Made by a program: the position numbers and the translations under genes. A DNA stretch of 64,000 nt from Dimorphilus gyrociliatus (lineage: Eukaryota > Animalia > Annelida): the NCBI GenBank assembly GCA_904063045.1, contig CAJFCJ010000014.1:372001-436000 (forward strand). The letters are read 5' to 3'. The notes beneath the pieces were generated by a model, which saw nothing but the letters and a program-made list of their open reading frames with translations, ran no database searches and was not told the DNA's origin. This document shows positions 51,945-64,000 of the stretch, one piece after another; position 1 is the first letter of the stretch; each line of letters begins with the position of its first letter.

Positions 51945-53254
51945 ATGAACGTAATAATACTTGCTGCAGGCTATGGAACAAGACTTCAGAATGATATTAT
52001 TAATGACAAAACTGGTAAATATTCGAATTTATTAGATGTACCAAAACCGTTACTCCCTATCAAAAACGATCAACCTCTCCTGTCGCTTTGGATGGAAATA
52101 ATTAATGAAGTTGACATTATTAATAAGGTTTACATTGTAGTAAGTATAGAGTATTGCGAAGAAAAGCATGATAAGAAATTTCAACGCAATACTAATGAAA
52201 AATTCTATTGTTGTTCTTCTTTCAAGATAAATAGAAAGTACGAAGATCAATTTAGGCTGTGGGCAAAAGATCATCCAAATATAATATTAGTTGTGGAAAA
52301 TAGTTGCTCCAACGAGGTTCTTTATACTAAATACAACACAATTTCAAGATATAAATAAATTAATAATTAATAATTTTCATATACAGGATAGAAGTGGAGC
52401 AGTTAAATGTATACAATTAGCATTGGATTCGATGGAAGAATTAACAGATGTCAATGTTCTAGCAGGGTAAGCTTTGAACTTTAGGCTGACTTTGACCTTC
52501 TTTAGAACCACGAACTGGAGTCTAACCTCTTTCTTTTTTAAAAGAGATACACTCTTCATGAAGGATTTTTCACTTTCAAAAGCTATTTGTCTTTTTAAGA
52601 ATATATCTGGAAATAAAGATATATCTCTCATCTCGTATTACAATTGTTCAGACAACGGTATGCTGAATCTTGGTTGGAAAATCCAAAAAGATATAATCTT
52701 AAACCATCTACCTAAATATAAACCTATTTGTTTCAGATGTCTCTAAAAGAGGAATTCTAGAGGTCGACGACTCTGGTCACGTGCTGCAGTTTTTGGAAAA
52801 GCCAAAACCTTCAGTTACAACTTCTAGAAAAGCTGTAATATAACCAAATCACTTAAAATATTAGAAAATTCTTAGTAAACGTAAAGTAGGTAACCTAAAT
52901 CAAAAATTTCAGTGTCCTTGTTTTTATCTCCTGCATCGAAATCATACAAAACTAATTCAAAAATTTCTGCACGAAAAGAGAGTAAGGGCTGTTTTCTGTT
53001 CTTTCTTAGAAGAGAGTACAGCTATTTGATTTTCCTTTAGCATGAAGATATTTCAAAAAGAGACGCTCCCGGAAACTTTATACCATTTTTAATAGAAAGG
53101 TAAAAGAAATAAGGATAGTAGACTTTTAAAAGAAAAGATCCATTTTAACTAATCTTTCAGAGAGGAAGTTAACGCTTTTGAAATTGGTGGAAGATTCGAT
53201 GTTGGCGGATTAGAGTCTTATATTCATTGTAGAGATTATTTTACTAATCGATAA
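51945..53254 (+). CDS. Sugar-phosphate nucleotidyltransferase (NTP_transferase family)
   Basis: ILAAGYGTRL..PKPLLPI; VLAGDTLF; FLEKP; PCFY; DAPG; RFDVGGLESY; 7-8 exons. Confidence 0.88.
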
Positions 53255-53526
53255 ATAAATAGTTTATATAGTAATAAAATAGTAATTACAACAGAAAAAG
53301 CCGTTTATTTGATTGTTTGTTTGTTTATTCTAACATATGTATAAATACTTTATATACAGATTATATATATACAGTATATAATAGCATAGATATATATTCT
53401 GTTTATAGTTAATGTGAAAATACTGCAGATAAAAATCGTTTAAAACAAGTATTTTAACAGAGAAAAATAGCTAAAAAAAAAGAGAAAAGAGGAGTTGGTA
53501 TATTGAATAGAGTAACATTGTTAAAA

Positions 53527-56500
53527 TCAGTCTTCCTTCTTCTTATTGCCAGCTTGGGCTTGTTGTAAATCGTAATAGAAACCTTGCTCATTCAAAAGTT
53601 GTTGATGACTTCCTTGCTCAACCACTCTACCTAAGTCTATTACTGCGATTGAATCTGAATTTTGTATCGTTGATAATCTATGGGCAATGACTATGCAAGT
53701 TCGACCCTTTTGGGCTTTTTCAAGAGCTTCTTGTACGACTTTTTCACTTTCGGCATCTAATGCGCTAGTAGCTTCGTCTAAGAGCTAAACAATAAAACAT
53801 ATATAAAATAATGAATGAAATTGAAATAAATCATTCATACTTACTAAAATAACTGGATCTCTGACTAGAGCACGGGCAATAGCAATTCTTTGCTTTTGAC
53901 CTCCTGATAGTTGAGTTCCCTTTGCTCCAACATTAGTATCATAACCCATCGGTAATGTTTGAATAAAATTATGAATATTAGCCGATTTAGCCGCTTCTAT
54001 AATATCAGTCATACTAAGTGTTTTTGAATTATCACCGTACGCTATGTTCTCGGCAATTGAACAGTCGAATAAAGTCGGCTCTTGGGTAACAATACCAATT
54101 TTGGAACGCAAATATGATGTATTATAATTGGAGATATCTTCCCCATCTAGTGTCTTTTTAAGAAAAATTTTACGCTTTGTACAAAGAGGAAGATAAATAA
54201 GATATATCAATTACTCACCACAATACCATTTCTGGGATTATAAAATCTCTCCAATAAAGATATTGTTGTTGATTTTCCGCAGCCAGAACTACCAACTAGA
54301 GCTAAGGTTTGACCTTTTTCAACAGATAAATTTAAACCTTGTAAAACGGGTACCTCCAATCTAGTTGGATATCTAAATTTAACATCTTGAAAAACAATGG
54401 AGCCTTTGACAGTAGTAGGCTTAACACCGTTAGTAGTTGTGGGATCAATTTCACTTTTTCTATCAAAAAGGGCAAAAAGTTTTGATGCTGATAATTTTGC
54501 TTTACCGTAATCTAATGAAAAAGCCGATGATCTTCCAACAGATTGAGCACCAATAGTCAAAGCTGAAAAAACACGGAAGACACTGGTATATTCTAAACCG
54601 TCGTCAACCAATTTTGAACCAAGACCGAAGGCAGCAGCGTAAGCGTAGAAAAGAACACTTTGGGCGAAAGCGTAAGTGAACGCGAAAACTAGACTCTTCT
54701 TTTTACCATTTCCATACTCTTCGTCCAAAAACTTTCCATATCTTTGTTCAAAGTAATCTTCTCTCGTTAATTGTACTACGGTTCTTATTTGGCTGATGGC
54801 TTCAGATGCAATAGCCTGAGCGCCTTCAACCGCCGTCCTTCCCCCACTATTGAACGACGAGACAATTTTACCTTGAACAATACCACTAAGCAAAAGCGGT
54901 GGTGTAAAGACAAGAATAAGTAGCGACAATTTCCAACTGAATACAAAACCAACAATAACCGCTGTACCAGCATTAGCAAGAGAGAAAAATACAGTAGATA
55001 ATTGAGATCCAACTGCACCTTTAACATTGGCGGCATCAATAGCTAAACGTGAAGTTAAAGCACCAACTTGATTCTTTTGATCATCAAAATAACCCATTTC
55101 CATTCTTAGCATAGACTTAAAAGCCATTTGACGTAGGCGCATAGTTAAATTTTCACCAGCAACACCAAACAAATACATTCTACCGGATACGAAAAGAAAG
55201 CCTGCAAAACCAAAACTTGCCATAATCACAGCGTAAAGATTCGCTCTTCTCTTCTGAACATCTTCTGGTTTTGAAAAATTTCCCAAAAATTCACTAAATA
55301 GTAAGCTAAACATCGGCATCATAACACCGTTTAGAAGAGCGCAAATAGATCCCATTACCAATTGAAACCATTCGGGGGAGTTTATTTTAACTATCCTTGA
55401 TAACGGAGCTTCGGGTAATTTTTGTTCTTCTTCCTTTTCTAATTCTTGTACGCTAACAGTTCTTTGAGAACGAAGTCTCCTCTTTGCCGAACTCCTTCTC
55501 ATACTAGTCAAACGTTTCGGGGCTAAGGGTATTTTCTCCTCAACAACATCAGTCACTTCCTCTTCTATAGTATGGAAAATTAAAAATGATTATATAATAA
55601 AGCGTGTACATTATATAAATATATATTTACCGTCATCGTCACTTCCTTCTCCTTCCATTTCTTGTATCTATAATTAGAAGATATTCATCAATTTAAGTCA
55701 TATATGTATATACATGCAAACACCCATCCAGATAGTATATAAGTAAGGTAAACGATAAGATAAGAGGGGAAGAAACAGGTAAGTGATTAGCATGCATATT
55801 TGTCTTAAGATATATATAAAATTCTTGATATACAATAAGGATTGACAAACTTATTCATGCAAATACCATAAGGTACAGTGAACTCACTTGAATATCTATT
55901 TTATCCGTATTTTGTATCTTATGACATAAATTAAACAATAAAATATATACGATTGGTTTCTTAGTAGAAGATAATTGAAATTTAATCGTTTATATAACAG
56001 ACATATATATATATATTTAGAATATTTACTTGTTGTTTAACAAGATCCGAGTACAGACCGCCTTTCTCCATAAGTTCATCGTGTGTACCTTGTTCAGCAA
56101 CTACGCCTTCAGAAATAGCAACTATAAGATCAGCATTGCGGACAGTTGACAATCTGTGAGCTATAACCAAAGTCGTACGACCCTTAGAAGCTTTATCCAA
56201 AGCTTTTTGGACAATAGCTTCGCTTTGCGTATCTAAGGCGGATGTTGCCTCATCCAAAAACTAGAGAATACAATTTTAAGTGATAAACAGATTAATAATC
56301 AGATTTTTTTTATTTTTAGCTTACCAATATCTTTGGGTTAGACACCAAAGCTCTGGCTAGAGCGATTCTTTGTTTTTGACCGCCAGAAAGTTGAGCACCT
56401 CTCTCACCCACCATTGTGTTATATGAATCAGGCAGTCGAGAAATGAAATCGTGAGCGTTGGCATTTTTCGCAGCTTCGATAACTTGCGCTTCCGTAGCTC

Positions 56501-58919
56501 CTTCGCAACCAAATCTGATGTTCTCTAGTATAGATGTAGCAAAAAGGATGGGCTCTTGAGAGACTATACCAATTTTATGACGCAACCATTTCGTATTTAA
56601 AGTTGTAATGTCATTAGAATCAAGCAATATACGGCCTTTTTGTATATTATATAATCTCATTAGTAATTGAACTACTGTACTTTTACCACAACCACTAGGA
56701 CCTACGAATGCAACTGTTTTACCAGGTTCAATTCTTAAAGATAAACCTTTTAGGATCTATTTGAACGAAAGTAGGATAATTAAAAAGAATTAATGATACA
56801 TTGAATTCTATAGAAATGATATTTACTTGAACATCTGGTCTTGATGGATAGTTAAAGTGGATATTTTCTAATAAAATATCACCTTCTACGGAAACGGGTT
56901 TGTGGCCTTCATTCGAAGCGCTGTCGATCTCGCTCTCAAGATCTATAAGTTTATAGACGGCTGCTGCAGCACTTTGAGCCTGAGCTATTTGTTCAATATT
57001 CGGCATAGCATTACCCAAAGCTATGGTACCCATAAGAATGTTAAAGAGTACTTGAATCATTTCTCCAGGCGATAATTCTTCTTCTCGAACAAGTTTGCTT
57101 CCAAACCAAAATGCTATAGCTAAAGTTCCGAATAAAACAATCCAAAAGGTACCTTGACCAAGACCGAACAGCAGATTCTTTTTGACTCCCATATTTCGAG
57201 CCTTTTCAAGATGCCCGTCGTAGCGTTTAGCTTCTTTATCCTCTCCTCCGAATGCAGACACAATACGAATAGACGATAGTGCTTCTTCAGCAATTGCACC
57301 AGCCTTTGCATAGGTTTGTATTTCCTTAGTTGTCATTGACCTTACAACTTTTGCTATGAAAACGATACAAACAGCAATTAAAGGAGAAGTAGAAATAATA
57401 ACAAGAGCCAATTTCCATCCTCTAACAAATCCCATTATATAACCTACAATAAATGTAGTAAACCACTGAATAAACGTTGCCAACTTTTCTCCAATACCAT
57501 CATTTATCGATTTGATACCTCTGTGAAAATCATAAAAGGGAACTATTAGGTCACATGTACGTCGTCCATCTAAAAATACATCAGTATTTCGCAATACGTG
57601 TAAACAACTCGGTCTATATTATTAGCAAATTTATTATTTTATTTTATATAGCTGATCGATAAATCAGAACAATAAGGTTGTATAATATTTACTAGCATTT
57701 TAACTCTATAGTAGACAATATAGTGACTTATTTTGCAATGATTATTTTCTCTCTATTGTTTTACTATGACCAAAATTCTGACTATTCAATTTGATAATGT
57801 AAAATGAAGATGAATATCTGATAGACTATTTAATATGTAAAATATACTGTAGAATAGCTTTTAATAAACAATAGATAAAAAATCGAGTCCTACAATGCGA
57901 CCAATCATTTAATATTTCATACTAAGATAAGAAATCTACAAATTGTTCTATACTAAAGCAAAATAGAAATAACAAAGTCATGGTATATTAAAGAAAGAAT
58001 ATAAAAAGAAACTCTTACTCTGTCATTTTTGTATTCAATTCTCCTGAAGGATTTGTATCAAACCATCCAATATGCATCCTAAGAATTTTATTTAAAGTCT
58101 TTTTTCTTATAACCCTTGTTTGTCTTTCCGCTGATAACATCCATCCACCCATTTGAACAATTCCAAATAGCAGAACAACAGAGGCATTTATTATAAAATA
58201 GGGTAAAAACTTTTTAACTCTGTCGAAATTGCTTCCCTTGTAAGTAATATTCTCACTTCTTAATATCTCGTCAATTATGCTCTCATTTGTATTCGGAGGC
58301 AAAGAATTGGTAACGTTTCTATTAATTAATAAATGGAAATAGTTAATGCATATAAATTGATCACTTTCGGAAAAGGAATAACCTACTCTCTAGCAGCTTT
58401 GTATAGTGCAGTTTCCACAAAAATATCAATAACTTGACCATAAATTAGAACATTTACGGGCGTCCCACTACCCACTATCATTGCTGCCAAAGTACCTAAT
58501 AGTATAAGCAAGCGGTCCTTAGCGTCCGCAAAGCGAAACTGCGCAGGTTTTAAAATTATAAAAATCCATTTCAAAAAGTTGAAAAGTGACAATTTCACTT
58601 ACTAATTCAAATAACGAAGTTTTTTCCGGTGGTGGTGGAGCGTCACTATGATTCGGATCTTTTATATCAACTTCTGGATCTTTTAAATCATCTTTCTTTG
58701 TTTCTCCATTTGTTTTTTCATCATGAACAGATATTTTGGATATTCTTATCGATTGTTTGCCGTTTTTGGGCGCCTTTTCAACATCATATCTATTTATAAA
58801 AGTAATTAATTAATAACAATAACAACAATTAAACTTTTATTAACTTATCTGTTTTTTTAGAAATATCTCTATTATAAAATAATTCTATTGAAATAAAATA
58901 TTTACATATTCTTCCCCAT
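53527..58919 (-). CDS. ABCB1: ABCB1/P-glycoprotein-like full ABC transporter
   Basis: Two TMD+NBD halves; Walker [10 protein letters not shown] and GSSGCGKST; [10 protein letters not shown] twice; DEATSALD twice. Start inferred as MGKNI|YDVEKAP at 58919. Confidence 0.93.
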
Positions 58920-60453
58920 TTCCTTTCCTCGATAATTGCTCGATACTAACTGAAAGATTATATCCTATAAAGATGTACTAGGTTAAATTTGCCGCTGGTC
59001 AAACGGTAGATGACGTTAGGTCATTTTATCTAGAACAGTGTAGAACATCAATGAACTCTACCTTCAACCAGATCACTAGTGTATGGCCTATATCTCTATG
59101 TCCTATCGCATAGTTAATATTTTAAAAAAATTTCTTTTCTCACCGCTCTCTCATTTATCGTTCTAGTGCGGTTGCACTCACAACCATACCACTAAAGCGA
59201 TTTGCACGAGCTTAGTGCGACATCTACTGATGCACTACTACTGCAAATAGCTAACTCTTTTCAATCGATAGCTCTAACATAAATAAGTGAAGGAGTCGGA
59301 AAAAACGATATTTTCCACCAGAAGAATCATATTTGCTTTATTTTCTTTAGTGTAAATAGTATTTCTTCATTATTGGCAATTGTTTCAGTAATAAGTTTAC
59401 GTTTATTTAGATCAATGGAAAAGTATTCTTGTAAAAGTAACTTTTTCTTTAAAAAAACAAAGTATATAAAAGAAAATCAAAAGTAGTTAATAGTAGAAGA
59501 AAAATGTAAAAGAGATAGAGTTTTGATTGTTTCGGAAAACAATATAGTACACGCCAATATTCCTCTCTAATTTCTCAATGAAAGATGTTGAATTTTGAAG
59601 AAAAAAAAGGATGAAAATTGAATTAATGTTGTATACAAAAATATTGATTTCGTAAAAGCAAACGTTGCGATATTTTAATATAATTTCATAGAAATAATAG
59701 ATAATAGCCAGCCTTCATTATTCTATATTTAAATATATACATTATACATATGTATTCTATAGACATTTTTTTTAATGATAAATGCAACTTTTTGAAGATT
59801 ATTTAGCATTTAAAAGTCAAAATTCAAAAGTCATTGTGATAAAACATAAGCTGGAAGTGTTGAATATCAGTCCTTCTCTTCCAAAATTGACATACTATTA
59901 TAATTTATATCAGTATATTTTTCAAATTAGCATCAAAACTATCATTAAATACTCTATTAAATTTTAAATGTACATACTATGTATATATTATATATATATG
60001 ATTCTTATATTATTTCTATATCGCTTAGTACTAACATTTATCTGATTACCGGAACTGTATCTTCAAAAAGATTCTTATCAGATTGTTCATAATGATCCTA
60101 TTTTAACTTGGAAAGAACAATGTGTCAAGCATTTTATAAACTTTTCTCCTAGGTCTGCTATATTCTAGAAAAAATCAGACAAGAAAACGTAATAAGAATT
60201 TCTCTCTGCTTTTTATTAAAAAATATAAAAAAAAATTGATTAAAACCATGATGTATTAAAATAAAAGATCCTTCGATTTTCTTTTGTTGTTTGTATCTTT
60301 TTTTTTATCTTCAAAAGATTAATTTTCCTACAGTTTCTTTCGCTTTTCTCCATATGTCTTTTTGAAAAATATTCGATAAAGACGTCGAGAAAAGAAATTG
60401 TTTAAAAGCACTTGGGAAATTTACAATATGTTTTTAATACTATGTTTTCTTTT

Positions 60454-61735
60454 TTATATTGAACTGGTTTTCAACTGATTACAATCCGTTCCCTCTTCTA
60501 TTAAGTTTGTACAATTATTTATATTGTCCTTTAATTGATCTTCAGTTATTATTCCTGCTTCGAGTAGTAATGGACTATTATCATTTTCCCTTTCATCGGA
60601 TATTAAAATTCTTTCACCCAACTTGAACGTTGCTCTTTCGTAGGTATGAAGGATCATACCAGATATAAATATTGGTTCTAAATTAGCATCTTCAGGAACG
60701 TCTTCTGATGGTACTCCTTCGATACGTAGAGTAGGTTTACATTCTTGTAACAGAACCTGAACAAATCCTGCATAATTTACTTTTGGCATTTCTTTCATCT
60801 AGATACAAAAATTAGATAAAAATAAAGAACTTTATTATTTCGGATATATATATGTTTACTTTAAGATATTTCAAATTGGGAAGCTTATCTGCCAAGCAAG
60901 CTAAACCACGTTCTGTAATATTCTCACATTTGCTAACGTCTAAATACTCGAGTGATTTATTAAACATATGAAGCCTATTCAATGTCCAATCGTCAACGTA
61001 AGAACAACCGGATAAATTCAAATATCTTAAATGCTCTAATCCCTCTGTAGTTTTATAAAATAAAAATGAAAAAAAGAAATCGTTATGTTATCATTTGCAA
61101 CTGCTATTACCTAACGTTCTTACCTAAATTATCTAAACTTTCAAACATTAATTTTGAATTACTGGCATCGATAGCTTCTAAATGCAATCCTCTTACATAA
61201 GATCTTGGAATAACAACTGGTTCGTTTTTCTTTTTTATCGGCTCAATCCATTTATCAGCACCTTTAAATTTAACTGCAACATTCCTCATAATAAGAAAAT
61301 GGGCAGCAGACAGGTCGGGTCCTAATATTCTGATCCTCTCCGGGTCTAATCTAAATTTATAAATAAAAAAGCCTATTAAATATATTGGTGAATTGAATTA
61401 GTTATTGAAAAAAAAAGTGTAGTTAATGAAATTTATCTGTTTTGAAAAATATATTATAAACAGAAATTGTTATGTTATGTAGTTAAAACTTCTTAACTTG
61501 AATAGATGTATAACAATACTGTTTTTTTAAATAAAACATAGTCAAAAACAAACTTTTGATCGTTAACTAATGTTTCCCACTGTTTCTTCCTCCACCATCT
61601 TTCAACAGAACGTGGTCTCAAATCAATATCTTGCTGTAAAAATATCAGCCAGTCAGGTGGAACACCTTCTACTTTCGAATATATGGTTCTAAAGTGATTT
61701 TTAAATGGTGAATTAATACATAATCTCCGCAACAT
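60454..61735 (-). CDS. DMAC2: Distal membrane-arm assembly complex 2 (ATP5SL)-like mitochondrial LRR protein
   Basis: Mitochondrial-type N-terminus; ERIRILGPDLSAAHFL; LEAIDASNS; LNLSGCSYVDDWTLNRL; LDVSKCENITERGLACL. Confidence 0.75.
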
Positions 61736-62175
61736 TGTCGGGTGAATAACTTTCACAAATTATCGCAACAATCGAAAATATTACCAATAATAAACATACG
61801 GTGTCCGTAATGCAATCGGGTATAACTAAAATATAAATTACGGAAATTTGTTTAAAGTAACTGAAAAGTATGTTATATAAACACTTAAACAATTAAAAAT
61901 AGTACTATAAATTTTCCTACAAATAGTTTTGCAATGTTGCATTATAGAGAAGTTTTTTCAATTATCCATTTAGCAATTAATTGATAAATTGACTTGTTAT
62001 TTAGTTAGACTTTATTCAATAGAGACACCTTTATGTGAGATTGTGAACTATTTTCCTAAACAACTCGTTAAAATCATACAAAAGACTGATATTTCTTGCA
62101 ATATTTTCTGCACTTTTATGTGAAATATGATAAAACGTCTATTTTTATTATCAATTATTTATCTAGTAAATAAGA

Positions 62176-63662
62176 ATGCCGTCAAAGGAAGTGAAATCGG
62201 TAAGATTAGCCATAATTGTCCTAACAACTGTTTTATTCAAAAGACTTTATTTTATTTTAAGGATACTTCTGGCAATTGACCGATATTCACATGAATTTGT
62301 TTTATAATAAATCTTCTACAAATCCTTTGGGTGATTATGTTCAAGGTACTCCTAAAAAACTTGTGCAAACCGTTCTTAAATTCATGAAAAATGAAAAGAA
62401 AAAAGCCGATTTCGTAATGTGGACAGGGTAAATATATTATAGTATCTATCGGATATTCATAAAATATTCATTTTGCAATAGAGATAACATTCCACCGTTT
62501 TATCCGATGAATAATACGGAAATAGAGACAGAGATTGCAGAGTTGACAAGCATGATAAAAAACACTTTTAACCAAAATGAAGTTCCCATATTTCCTGTCC
62601 TTGGTAATCATGATGTCTTCAAAGTAGATCAAATGCCTGCAGATATGAAATTTTACAGAACATTTTTAAATCGTACTCATTGGTCTTCTCTAATAGACAA
62701 TGGTAATTGGAAAGCTGGTTTCTACAGTAGAAAATTGAATAAACACCTTAAAATTATAGTTTTAAATACGTGTTTATACTATAATAATGATAAATTAACA
62801 ATTATGGACGAAGATCCTGGAGGCCAATTTAAGTGGCTTAGTCAGCAATTACAAACAATTAAAAAGAATAAAATGAAGGTATATCTTGTTTCGTTTACTA
62901 TCAGCTCAATTTGTTATTTTCTTTCATCACTTGTTGCTTTTATAGGCTTTGATTACAAGCCATGTACCACCTGGAGACAGATTTCATAGAAAATTCAATG
63001 AGAAATTTCTAACGATTATCTCGAAACATAAAAGAGCTATTTCCGGACTCTTCTTTGGTCATAATCATACTGATACGTTTAGAGTATTCACCGCCGAAGA
63101 GGAAGACATACCAATGTATCTCTCTCCTCCATTAGCTCCTTTCTTGTATAAGAACCCATCCGTGCGCCTATACAAGTACAATAAGAAAACTGGAAAAATT
63201 GACGATATTTTCCAATACTATTTAAATCTTACAGATAAGAATCCAGAGTTTAAATTAGAATATAGTTTCAAAGCAACTTACGGGTTAGAAAATGCTCATG
63301 GTAACAATTTATATAAATTAGCATCTTTGATGTTCAAGAGAAATGGTATTTATTCAAAATTTTGTACATTTTTAAATGTAAGTGCTCCAATATCTTATTG
63401 TCACGATAAGAATATTAAATGGAGTTTGGTGTGCGCTCTGAAAAATTTGAAAGAGGAAAACTTACAACTATGTATTCATAGACATCAGCACAGAAAACCG
63501 GAACATCACGTTCCTAAATATATGTTATACTTGATAATTGTTCTTTCTATTATTGCAGTTTTGTTATTCATTCTTGTTACAATGATTTGTTGTTGCAAAA
63601 AGCGAGTGGTATTCGTTACAAGACCAAGATACGTATTATTATCGTCATCTTCTTTAGGGTGA
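62176..63662 (+). CDS. SMPDL3: Acid sphingomyelinase-like phosphodiesterase with a C-terminal transmembrane helix
   Basis: GYFWQLTDIH; FVMWTGD; PVLGNHD; SHVPPG; FFGHNHTD; NPSVRLYKY; C-terminal hydrophobic span. The 5' exon and start are uncertain. Confidence 0.85.
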
Positions 63663-64000
63663 GGCTGATTAATTGTACAAAGTATATTGTGTATTTATAT
63701 ACTGCTAAAGTAAAATATTCATTAGCAATTAAGTGCAAGCTATAGAGACTAATGTATCAATATACTGTATATATATATTTGTATGTATAAGGCTTCTCCT
63801 TATGCTTGTTTGATTTTTAACTTGACGATCAAAGTTATAAACATTAGTGTATTATTATTACTCTTTGAATACAAGAAAATTGATATTTAAAGATTTTTAA
63901 ACAATCTTTTTATAGATAAGAATTTATTTTGATAAAACTATTTTTAATTTTGCATCTGCCTATTAACTTTCAATACTTTATCTCATTTATCTTTCTCAGT

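Overview
AT-rich, gene-dense animal genomic DNA with very short (about 55-90 nt) GT-AG introns; the compactness resembles the annelid Dimorphilus gyrociliatus, but that is my inference only. The window has two parts. About 1-30 kb is a lineage-specific, defence-like block: an SRCR/C-type-lectin gene, a 17.6-kb tandem array of ten secreted paralogues plus a relic, a ZYG11/ZER1-like LRR gene, a disrupted discoidin-like gene and two intronless BIR/IAP genes. About 31-64 kb holds a divergent SLC6 transporter and conserved housekeeping genes: an NSE2-type SP-RING protein, clathrin light chain, GSTK1, REXO2, NUP160, SMYD3, a nucleotidyltransferase, ABCB1, DMAC2 and SMPDL3. The standout is the array at 3778-21405. 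Its typical member has a signal peptide, a hypervariable Calx-beta/Ig-like domain, a C-x-D-P-H motif and an inter-alpha-trypsin-inhibitor heavy-chain C-terminal (ITI-HC-C)-like domain, but no VIT or vWA domain. It looks like a variable/constant, possibly self-cleaving (Asp-Pro) secreted protein system. It includes motif-dead members, a naturally truncated member that starts at the cleavage site, and a pair with near-identical constant halves but swapped variable halves. All domain calls are by-eye motif recognition; no database searches were run.
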